From NCBI GenBank assembly GCA_963792305.1, contig CAWBXL010000247.1, positions 1-57,121 of the forward strand: a stretch of 57,121 bases of DNA. The letters run 5' to 3'. How positions within the stretch are numbered: position 1 is the stretch's first letter; each line of letters opens with the position of its first letter. The notes beneath the pieces were generated by a model, which saw only the letters and a list, made by a program, of their open reading frames with translations, made no database searches and was not told where the DNA came from. This DNA comes from an uncultured Acidobacteriaceae bacterium (GTDB lineage Bacteria > Acidobacteriota > Terriglobia > Terriglobales > Acidobacteriaceae). Of the stretch, positions 30,251 through 38,029 are shown piece after piece. The position numbers were made by a program, and so were the translations under genes.

Positions 30251-31849
30251 CTACTCAATCGCGAATATGGCTTCGGGCTCTACTCCCTGTTTCGCGATCT
30301 GGTCGCGTACATGCACTTTCACCCGGTAGATCCCGGGCTCGAGTTGATTGGAGGGGAACGTCTTTTCAAGAGTAAGTTGATGCACCGCCCGACGCATCAT
30401 GTCTGAAGGTTGCGTTCCATGCAGGACTACTTTCTTAGTCCCTTCCTGCACGACATCGAACTCTACATTCGCATCGGACTTGCCGTCCTTCTCATCCACA
30501 GCCAGGTTATAAATCTGCATCCAGATGTTGAGTTTTTCGCCCCGTTTGAAAACGGCGAGTTTGGACGTCATAGTGGGAACCCGCGGCCGCACCAGCGTGT
30601 CCCCAATCACAAACGGACCACTACCAATCTCTTTTGATGACACCCGTTCCATCTTGTCCGCAAGAATCACCGATGATGTAGAAAGGTCTTCATCGTAGCT
30701 CGGCACTTCCAGGGCTTGACGCCATGTTCCGACATGATCGCTGTTCACGTCCTTCACAACGATATCCAGCAGATACCGCCCCGGTGCAAGGGGAAGTGAC
30801 TTCCCATACACCGACGCCTTTCCCAACATATTCGGCAAAACGCTCTGCGGAACATTCATCTGCACAGTATCCTCAAAAGTCTGCGCAATCCGTCCACCGA
30901 TCGTGCTCACCTGTCCATAAATATTGACCACTCCATTCGCGACTCCGTTTTCGCTCTTATAAGTCATGTCCTCGTTTTTGATCTGAAGCGTGAGCGGGAC
31001 CAGCGTGACGTGGCTGGTTATTTTCACATAGTTCGTCAGCACATCGAAGGGCATGGTGTGATAGTCAAATCGATGCTTAACGATCTCCTTCAGTTCTGGA
31101 AACTTCGGCTGGCTATTCACTTTGGCGTAAAGCTCGAGGTCCTCAAATATTTTCGAGTTGTCTTTCTGCGCATTCTGCAATCGTTGCTGGCCTGATGGAA
31201 GGTGTGCCTGGGCATCTTTCTCATTCGGATCCATCGTCATGTGATAGTCGCCGCACATGCACGTGTCCACAAATTCAACCACAATCTCCGAGCCGATATT
31301 CTCGATATAACGATAGCGCCACTGCTCAAACGGAAAAGTTTGCGTTGACCCTCCACCCTGGTTCTGCGGGTATTCGTATGACCCCCCTGAGGGATGCGAT
31401 TCAATCTCATCCGGCGGCCCATAAACGATGTACATCCGCCCGCGGTCGGTCTTTCGTCCCGGAATGCCAGCGCTGAAACGCTCGTCGGCATACATGACGC
31501 GCCGATAGTACTCATCGCGAAATTCATTCCCACCCGAACCGGGCGTGGGATTGCGATGCTCCCAGAAGATCTCGATAAACTGCGCCCGCTCTTCATCGTT
31601 GGTCAGCAATTTGAACGCGTCCTGTTCTTCCTTAGTGATGATCCACGGCACCTCCTCATCCACCCAGTGCGTGTAGGCCGAGCCTTCCTTGGACTGCTTG
31701 CCGAACCTCTTCTTTTTCTCCGGCAAAGGCCGCTTCAGGGGGTCGGTCTCCTGGGCTGCTGGAACCGTCTGCGCTTCGGAAGATGCCGGCTTAGCCGCAG
31801 AAGGAGAACTCTCGCTTGATTCGACTCTTGGCTGAGTCGACGCTCGCAC
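30251..31849 (-). CDS. GWxTD domain-containing protein
   Basis: EFRDEYYRRVMYADERF..GRKTDRGRMYIVYGPPDEIESHP is the GWxTD signature region. A signal-peptide-like ORF (MIGSSLASAASVLFVLSFP.., from ATG at 31967) lies just upstream in another frame, so the gene may start at 31967 with a frameshift near 31850. Confidence 0.75.
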   Translation of the reverse strand: MRASTQPRVESSESSPSAAKPASSEAQTVPAAQETDPLKRPLPEKKKRFGKQSKEGSAYTHWVDEEVPWIITKEEQDAFKLLTNDEERAQFIEIFWEHRNPTPGSGGNEFRDEYYRRVMYADERFSAGIPGRKTDRGRMYIVYGPPDEIESHPSGGSYEYPQNQGGGSTQTFPFEQWRYRYIENIGSEIVVEFVDTCMCGDYHMTMDPNEKDAQAHLPSGQQRLQNAQKDNSKIFEDLELYAKVNSQPKFPELKEIVKHRFDYHTMPFDVLTNYVKITSHVTLVPLTLQIKNEDMTYKSENGVANGVVNIYGQVSTIGGRIAQTFEDTVQMNVPQSVLPNMLGKASVYGKSLPLAPGRYLLDIVVKDVNSDHVGTWRQALEVPSYDEDLSTSSVILADKMERVSSKEIGSGPFVIGDTLVRPRVPTMTSKLAVFKRGEKLNIWMQIYNLAVDEKDGKSDANVEFDVVQEGTKKVVLHGTQPSDMMRRAVHQLTLEKTFPSNQLEPGIYRVKVHVRDQIAKQGVEPEAIFAIE

Positions 31850-32233
31850 CCGATGTTGTTTGGGACAAAGGCACCACGGGAAGTTCGATTGTAGGAAGTG
31901 TAGGCGTTGCAGGGAAACTCAGGACAAACAGCACCGATGCGGCTGACGCAAGACTGGAACCGATCATAGCAGCTCCTATTTACAGATGTTTTGAAGGACA
32001 GCAGAACAGACAGGCCCGATCATAGGATGCGGCTTGGGTTCCTCCGGGATATCCGGTGATTTTGGGTAGGGCACGACTTACAGTCGTGGTTTCAGACAAA
32101 GAATCTTACCTGCGCCGCGCATACTCAGGCCAGTCTTTTTGAAACGCTTACTCCCTGACCGCGACTATAAGCAGTAGAAAGCGACTGTAAAGTCATCGGC
32201 GGACAATTCACTGTTGAAATCTCAACCGATAGG

Positions 32234-32527
32234 ATGGAATCTATGGCAATCCCCAAAAATAAGAAAAAAGGAAATCAACCCAAGGTCTTCTTCGGCATCT
32301 TCAACGATGCCGGAGGCTTCATCATTTCAGTAGACGTTTGGGGACACCCGCATATTACGCGTGTTCCTCCGCGGCAGCCTGACATTGAGCGCATGGCCGT
32401 CGCTGCCAATCTGCTGGCACAGGCTGACAAAGTGAAGAATCGGGAGACACGCAAACAGTTGGAAAGTACGGCCCAGCAAATCGCCGGCGAAGCTATACCC
32501 GCTCTTCGGCAACGCCTTGCTGCCTAG
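32234..32527 (+). CDS. Hypothetical protein
   Basis: 97-aa ORF with no recognisable motif. The coding status is uncertain. Confidence 0.3.
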   Translation: MESMAIPKNKKKGNQPKVFFGIFNDAGGFIISVDVWGHPHITRVPPRQPDIERMAVAANLLAQADKVKNRETRKQLESTAQQIAGEAIPALRQRLAA

Positions 32528-32613
32528 CTAGAACTAACCCAGCCCGTAGGGGCGATATACGATAGCCCGGGGGCGTAAGCCCCGGGTGAGCGACTTAGAA
32601 CCGGGAAGCTGCA

Positions 32614-33153
32614 CTACTGATCGAGCGTGCGGAAGAAACGGATGTGGACCGCCGGTTTTCCATCCACTGTAATCACGTCGAGAGTCCCTACATAAGCGCC
32701 ACCATTCAACCATTGATAAGGCCCAATGGGCGCTTCGAAAACCGGGGTCGTGTAGACGGGGCCGCGGTGCGCCGGATCTTTCGGACAAGAGCGTCCCCGA
32801 TTGTCCACATTGATAATGGCTCCGTCATCAGTTTGAATCATGTAGTTGGCGTTTATAAAAAAGCACCCTTCCTTGGCGGAGAGTTGCCAGTCCCATCCAC
32901 CGGGAAGAATCTTGCCGTGGAGCCGTGGTCCGCTAAACGTCCCGCCAGTGATGGGAACAATGTTCCGTTCGCCAAAAGGAGTAGCTCCGGGATGCATACT
33001 GGCGCCCAAGGTAACGGTTTCTTCATAGACAAATTCCATCCGAGGCGCCTCGTTCCCAACTGGCTTAGTGTCGGGACCCTGGGCGTTCATCCGCGAGCAC
33101 AGTAAAAGCCCAATCGCTAAGATCGTGAATTTTGCCGCACGTTTTTCGTTCAT
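32614..33153 (-). CDS. DUF3237 (UPF0311) family protein with signal peptide
   Basis: GERNIVPITGGTFSGPRLHGKILPGGWDWQL..ANYMIQTDDGAIINVDNRG matches the DUF3237 pattern. The N-terminal signal is AKFTILAIGLLLCSRMNAQ. Confidence 0.65.
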   Translation of the reverse strand: MNEKRAAKFTILAIGLLLCSRMNAQGPDTKPVGNEAPRMEFVYEETVTLGASMHPGATPFGERNIVPITGGTFSGPRLHGKILPGGWDWQLSAKEGCFFINANYMIQTDDGAIINVDNRGRSCPKDPAHRGPVYTTPVFEAPIGPYQWLNGGAYVGTLDVITVDGKPAVHIRFFRTLDQ

Positions 33154-33267
33154 GGAATGTCTCCGAAGTGAGATGAAGCCTGTTTCATCCGCACAAGATC
33201 TGCGAAATGTTCACCAAAATATCAGATTCTAAACTTTGCGTTCGCGGGGAGACTAAGACAGAATATT

Positions 33268-33436
33268 GACGGCAGCGTGAACGTGCCGCTCAACCACATG
33301 CAAGAACGCGTCGCCGAAATTCCCCGCGATCGCCGCCAGTATCCTGCAGCAGTATGGGATTACGAACTTAATCGAGATGGCCGGCGGCCTCGCCGCCTGG
33401 GAAGCGGCAAAACTGCCGGTGGTTTCCGCGGCCTAG
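33268..33436 (+). pseudogene. Rhodanese-domain gene remnant (C-terminal fragment with internal loss)
   Basis: DGSVNVPLNHMQERVAEIPRDR, then in another frame ..ILQQYGITNLIEMAGGLAAWEAAKLPVVSAA*. The active-site loop (C-x-x-G-x-R) and the N-terminus are missing. Confidence 0.3.
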
Positions 33437-33496
33437 GCGCGGACAGAGATATTGCACTCACCGGCCCAATTCTGAGTTCGCGCATTTCACGCGCTT

Positions 33497-33961
33497 CTAA
33501 CGGCCCGGCTCCTTGGCTGCTGCCGCCAGTAGATAGTCGGTCAAAATCTTCGCGGTCTGCGGATCCAGCGGCGCGGTCCCAGGTTTTGCCGCCGTCCCGG
33601 TGGGCACTTTACCCTTCACGCCGATATACACTCCGTTGTAAGCCGTATCACTCAGGTTCTCCACCGTGTGCTTGAAGGGCGGGAACCAGCGGGCTTCCCC
33701 GGGCTTGCCAAACACTTCCTGTGTTTTTCCGTCCTGATCGGTGAACTTCAAGTGCGAATCGGTGATGTTCACGATTACACCCTGGGGATGGTTGTGCATC
33801 GCCGACTTCTCATGGGGGCCATAGTGAACGTACACCACCTGCACTCGTTCATTTTCGAAATCCAGTTTGTAATGGGTAGGCTCGGTCTTCATAGGGTCTT
33901 GTGCACGAGCAAAGGTAAAAGCCACGCAAACCAGCACTGCAGTTGCGAAGAAGTTGGTCAA
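33497..33961 (-). CDS. Secreted cupin-like protein
   Basis: 154 aa with a signal peptide (FFATAVLVCVAFTFARA) and VQVVYVHYGPHEKSAMHNHPQGVIVNI..ARWFPPFKHTVEN, a cupin-style His-containing strand. Confidence 0.5.
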   Translation of the reverse strand: MTNFFATAVLVCVAFTFARAQDPMKTEPTHYKLDFENERVQVVYVHYGPHEKSAMHNHPQGVIVNITDSHLKFTDQDGKTQEVFGKPGEARWFPPFKHTVENLSDTAYNGVYIGVKGKVPTGTAAKPGTAPLDPQTAKILTDYLLAAAAKEPGR

Positions 33962-34140
33962 GATGCACCCTCCGTTTCCCAGTCTTTAAACAGGTACCGT
34001 TGGAACGCTAATGCTGCTCCGCGAAGCGTGTCAACGATCGAAAGGAGAGGGGCCCAAGCTGGTTACTGCCAAACAACTTGCCGAGGAGATCGAGTGCATT
34101 GGCGCGCCTTGAGCGAAGTCGGAGGGGGCACACGCCCTTT

Positions 34141-34240
34141 GTTTTACATCGAGGAGTCAGAGCATCCATTGGCGCAGGAGCAGACACGGAATCAGCTACC
34201 AGCTGGCCATGGAGAGGGCGTCGCTTCGTCTGCATCACAG
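34141..34240. repeat. ~100-bp dispersed repeat, copy A
   Basis: gttttacatcgaggagtcagagcatccattggcgcaggagcag..ggaatcagctaccagctggccatggagagggcgtcgctt..tctgcatcacag is nearly identical to 35314-35416. One frame reads HGISYQLAMERASL, resembling a decayed Fis-type HTH. Confidence 0.7.
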
Positions 34241-34312
34241 GCGATGCTGGGTAGGACCTCTTCATAAACTGGAAAACGTTCCGTCTGTCTCCGATTTTCC
34301 CAAGCATTTCCC

Positions 34313-34779
34313 TCAACGGCCTCCAGCGGCGGCTCTGAGCGATATGGCCAGGTCAGAAGTTTGCTGTGGGCTGAAATGGCCGCGAATGACTACAGAGTCA
34401 CTGAAAGAGCTTTGTATGGTCGGAGTCATGATGAGCTTATGGTCAATCACAAATCCCAGTTTGCCCGGTTGTGGCTGCTGGGCCAGTCGCGTGCTTGTTT
34501 CCTTCAGCCGCTGCCCCGCTTGGGAGGTGAAAAGCAGCCGTACCTCCGGCCCGAGTCATCCTGCCCGGCCTCCGCGTTTCTAACATCCATTTCATTCACA
34601 ACTGGCTTGTCAGCCAGACAATATTTCTCCGCGGTTCCCTCTACAGTCATAGGCGAGGTAGCGCTGCCCTTGCAGTCAACCACTTCGAAGATTCCCATGG
34701 TGACCGGCTTCACGTTGGCCGGCCGGCTCGATGTACAGCCGGTCAGGAATCCCAAAGCTATGATCGTGCAAGCCTTCAA
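34313..34779 (-). CDS. Lipoprotein with SecD/SecF P1-head-like domain, one frameshift near 34545
   Basis: The lipobox is IALGFLTGC. YCLADKPVVNEMDVRNAEAGQDDSG (ORF 34504..34779) continues in another frame as PEVRLLFTSQAGQRLKETSTRLAQQPQPGKLGFVIDHKLIMTPTIQSSFSDSVVIRGHFSPQQTSDLAISLRAAAGGR* (stop at 34313), which is the SecD P1-head pattern. Confidence 0.5.
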
Positions 34780-34962
34780 CTAGAACCTCCCTTTTGACTT
34801 CAAAAACGGTAAGAACTGTATCCCATTTTCCCTGTTCTCACAAACGTGAAAAGGGTTTCATCCGGGGTGCAGTTCATCCGTTCTGTCCCCGCTTTTCCCC
34901 ATCCTGCAAACTCTCGGCGGACGCCTGCGCCAGCTTCACGTCAGCGAGGTCAACACCGGGTG

Positions 34963-34999
34963 CCCCATCCTAAACGCGCCTTTTGCGTTTAGGGTGGGG
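34963..34999. repeat. REP-like hairpin
   Basis: ccccatcctaaacgc-gcctttt-gcgtttagggtgggg has 15-nt arms with one mismatch. Confidence 0.6.
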
Positions 35000-35063
35000 A
35001 TTTGCACGACGCTCTCAGCCTGGAATCAGTTCTCGCCTTTCAGAAGTTGGCGTTTACGCGGAG

Positions 35064-35126
35064 CCTGTCCTGAGCGAAGTCGAAGGATCTGAGCCGCGTG
35101 CCGAAATCCCGAGCGAAGCCGAGGGA
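35064..35126. repeat. Two direct copies of the GAGCGAAG-YCGARGGA REP-type motif
   Basis: cctgtcctGAGCGAAGTCGAAGGA (35064-35087) and cccGAGCGAAGCCGAGGGA (35108-35126). Related copies lie at 34107-34126, 44662-44680 (reverse complement) and 16133-16153 (reverse complement, more diverged). Confidence 0.6.
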
Positions 35127-35313
35127 GTTGTCGCATCTCATTCCTGCGGATGCTCCGGTCATCTTGGAGAGCAGAGTTGAAGAGTCGGAAATTAATCAAG
35201 AGATCGAGAGTGCTCTCAACGCGCTGAGCGCGAAGAATCACTTTGCCTTTGTCGGGGACTAGGCTTGAAACAACGGGAAAGTCCCATCTGTCCCGTATTC
35301 GTCCGTTCTTAAT

Positions 35314-35416
35314 GTTTTACATCGAGGAGTCAGAGCATCCATTGGCGCCAGGAGCAGCAGCGCGGAATCAGTTACCAGCTGGCCATGGAGAGGGCGTCGC
35401 TTTATCTGCATCACAG
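35314..35416. repeat. ~100-bp dispersed repeat, copy B
   Basis: Same orientation and sequence as 34141-34240 apart from a few substitutions and small indels. It ends about 100 nt from the 3' end of the TIR/SIR2 operon. A diverged core copy lies at 30178-30220. Confidence 0.7.
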
Positions 35417-35514
35417 TCGGATGGCTAAGTTTACTAGTTATGAAGAAAACTTTGCTGGTATATACGTAAGCAAGTAATCCAAATATTTGGGGATCGCTGT
35501 CAGAACCCATGCCT

Positions 35515-35862
35515 TCAAGGGATGATCGCTTCGTAGCGGTTCATCCAAGATTGCAATTGTGGTAAATCGCTCATCTGTAAAACTGGTCGTAAAACAGTTA
35601 GCGCACGCCCGACAGGATCCGCATGCGACGCAGTGTCCACCAATGTCATCAAGATATCCTTATTACCACGCTCGTCGATAACACCAAGCGAATACGCGAG
35701 CTCACTAAGTTCAAAATGATTTCCAGTCGTAACGAAGTTACTTATCTTGCTTTTTAAAATATTAGCTGACAGACGACCGGCAGAACCAAGGGATTTGAAA
35801 TGGAGATGCGCACTACTTCTTTCATTTTGCGTTTCTAGAAAGAGCCATGGATAGGTATTCAT
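35515..35862 (-). CDS. Hypothetical 115-aa protein, last gene of the TIR/SIR2 operon (could be a frameshift-separated C-terminal domain of the SIR2 protein)
   Basis: The ATG at 35862 is preceded by an in-frame TAA and overlaps the SIR2 ORF by 41 nt. No motif is recognised (MNTYPWLFLETQNERSSAHLHFKSLGS..). Confidence 0.4.
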   Translation of the reverse strand: MNTYPWLFLETQNERSSAHLHFKSLGSAGRLSANILKSKISNFVTTGNHFELSELAYSLGVIDERGNKDILMTLVDTASHADPVGRALTVLRPVLQMSDLPQLQSWMNRYEAIIP

Positions 35863-36770
35863 TTAATCGAGGTCCAGGCACAGTCAATGAATTTTGCAAA
35901 ATAAAAGGTATATGAACGAAATCGCTCACATAAAGAACATGTATTCCGTACTTTCTCCGCAGTGCGATGTCGTTCACGGTAGTTTCTTCTTCATGAAATA
36001 TTGCTACATGGTTCCGCAATGGGGAACCGAATTGATGAGCTATTGAGTCGATGAATGTATCGAAATCTGGGTCACTGAGACGGAACCCAACAAACAATAG
36101 ATTGAAGTTTGTTAAACATATTTGAACAAAACCGCGATAAGCAGGAGAGCGGACTAAAAGCTCTCGATATGATTCCTCAGTTAATACCAGCTCAGAAGTT
36201 GAATCAAGCGAACCGTGCGCTTTGAGGTAGAACGGACGTAACGCTACCGTGAGTGCTTGCCGCAAAGCAACTTCATCACTAGGAACGATTGGGTCTAAAA
36301 CGATACCTTTCTTGAGAGCGGCATTTTCATTTGGCCGAATCATAATTGAAAGTGATAATACCGTTTGGTTGCAAATCGATGATAACTGAGTGTAATTCCG
36401 CGAACGAACCGTCGACGTTTGTGACCGCATTACGAAAAACAGTATCGAATTCCTTAGGCGAAACAGCCCGTAAAATTGATGCCGCCAAAATCAAGTCTGA
36501 TCCCGAAGGCCACTCCTTTCCCGCGCTCATAGAATCCAATCGCAGCAAGCGCTGGCAATCCTCGTAGTCTTGACTATTTAGGCGATCTTTAAAATGGTCA
36601 AACAAAGTTGAAAGTAGTCCAGGCCATTGAGGCACTCGCCTCGCGGGATCTGCTTTTTGAAGTAATGTGCTTGAGATTCCAGCACCCGTTATACAGACGA
36701 GGTGATCGCCGGCAACTAAATCACACAACTGTTGAAAAGCTGGGATTCCCAGCCAATAGCTCACGCTCAT
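35822..36770 (-). CDS. SIR2-like (SIR2_2 family) NAD+-utilising protein, split by a +1 frameshift at 36324-36340
   Basis: ORF 36327..36797 reads VCITGAGISS..VPQWPGLLSTL..GIITFNYDSA. ORF 35822..36430 reads NENAALKKG..LKAHGSLDSTSELVLTEESYREL..FNLLFVGFRLSDPDFDTFI. Removing one A from the AAA at 36330-36332 gives ..FNYDSANENAAL.. The ATG at 36770 overlaps the upstream stop as ATGA. Confidence 0.75.
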
Positions 36771-37522
36771 TTTCGAGCTTCCTGGCACTCTTTCCAAATA
36801 TCAGTCCAAAAAATCTTCCAACATTTGTCAAGCAATAGAGTTTGGTCGTGATATTCAATCATTTGATCGCTAGACAAATGGGCCCTTTCCACTAATTGAT
36901 GAGCCGCCTTGGAATGTTCAATCTCAATTTCAGAATGTCGGATAAAAAAATCTAATTCGGTTTCAGAAAAGCCTAAACTTCGGAGTGTTTCCAGAAGTGG
37001 GCCATAGGTAGCAACGGCTGAAGATTCGAGAAAGCAATAAGTAGCTAACGCTCGGGGTAGAGAATTGCCTCCGAAGGCCATCTCCAATTCGCACACATAC
37101 CAACGAACGCCGGGAGCAACTTGTCCAGGTTTTAGTGGGAGTTCGCCTGGATCAATTCCTGCGGCCTTTGCAAAGCGCTCAAATATGATTGAATGCACTA
37201 AATTATGTTTACCTGAACCCAATTCCTCAAACAGAACTTCGGCGAAGAGTGCCATTGATTCACGGTCGGTTCGAGGGATTGTAGCCAGCAACCGAGAAAA
37301 TGCAACGACTTGATTTATTGAGAAATAGTGATAATGCTTGGCAAATGTTCTTATCGCAAATCTAGGGTCGGATGATTTAACAACCCATTGCATCCACTGA
37401 TGTTCAACAGATGCATCATTTGATATCGACTTAGAGTTATTGATACTTGTCATGGACATTCTCACATAATTTTTAGATTCCCAAACCTTGATATACAGCA
37501 TCGCTATAGTAATACTACTCAT
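36767..37522 (-). CDS. Haem-oxygenase-like / iron-containing redox enzyme family protein (PF14518-like)
   Basis: Intact 251 aa. FAKHYHYFSINQVVAFSRLL, FAEVLFEELGSGKHNLVHSIIFERFAKAAGI, ATYCFLESSAVATYGPLLETLRSLG and LDFFIRHSEIEIEHSKAAH follow the helical E/H ligand pattern of HO-like di-iron enzymes. The start ATG overlaps the TIR-like gene's stop (ATGAGTAG). Confidence 0.6.
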   Translation of the reverse strand: MSSITIAMLYIKVWESKNYVRMSMTSINNSKSISNDASVEHQWMQWVVKSSDPRFAIRTFAKHYHYFSINQVVAFSRLLATIPRTDRESMALFAEVLFEELGSGKHNLVHSIIFERFAKAAGIDPGELPLKPGQVAPGVRWYVCELEMAFGGNSLPRALATYCFLESSAVATYGPLLETLRSLGFSETELDFFIRHSEIEIEHSKAAHQLVERAHLSSDQMIEYHDQTLLLDKCWKIFWTDIWKECQEARK

Positions 37523-37979
37523 ATTGCTGAATAGATGCTTTAATTTGCCTATGTTGGATAGGGAAGTTATCTAATGCATATTGAATAATTTTAGCTTTAT
37601 ATTCGACGTGCACAGCAGGCCATATTCGGAGTGCGGCTGGACAAAGATCAGCATCTATCTGTCTTTTCCCGTTAAGATTAACGACGACAATCGGCAAATC
37701 GAGTTTTTGAGATATCTCAATTTCCCAAGCCACCCACTTTCTCAGATTTTTAGTGTTGTTCCCGACCAACACAATCGCCTGTTTTGCATTTGAAAATCTT
37801 TCTCTCAATCGACTTTTTATCGTTTCGTCCGAAGCTCTATCAGTAAGCATCCCTATGTCATGCGCATTATGGAAATTGAAGTCCATATTTTCATTCGATT
37901 TCCAGCCCTTCATGTACCGATAGGCCCTAATATCGGTATCCGCGTCGAAGATAATGTAGGTCTTGTTGCGATAGCTCAT
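37515..37979 (-). CDS. TIR-like domain protein (DUF1863 / ThsB-like)
   Basis: Intact 154 aa. KTYIIFDADTDIRAYRYMKGW.. and ..AIVLVGNNTKNLRKWVAWEIEIS..LPIVVVNL parallel ThsB (KRVFFSFHYQD..; VLIGSQTFNRRWVRYEI..IIGIHIN). A Glu sits at the position of the ThsB catalytic Glu. Confidence 0.7.
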   Translation of the reverse strand: MSYRNKTYIIFDADTDIRAYRYMKGWKSNENMDFNFHNAHDIGMLTDRASDETIKSRLRERFSNAKQAIVLVGNNTKNLRKWVAWEIEISQKLDLPIVVVNLNGKRQIDADLCPAALRIWPAVHVEYKAKIIQYALDNFPIQHRQIKASIQQYE

Positions 37980-37992
37980 ATCTTTCTGAAAT

Positions 37993-38029
37993 CAAAAAAG
38001 GGGGGGACACGGCGCACCGTGTCCCCCTT
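37993..38029 (-). terminator. Strong intrinsic terminator-like hairpin between nrdJ and the TIR-like gene
   Basis: The minus strand reads GGGGGACACGG-tgcg-CCGTGTCCCCC followed by ccTTTTTTgattt. The U-tract ends about 14 nt before the TIR-like ATG at 37979. Confidence 0.6.

Noticed and set aside
32534-32788. 84-aa minus-strand ORF ending in ..YRPYGLG
   Set aside because: Its C-terminus reads through a REP-type hairpin (cccgggggcgtaagccccggg), and the rest overlaps the DUF3237 gene out of frame.
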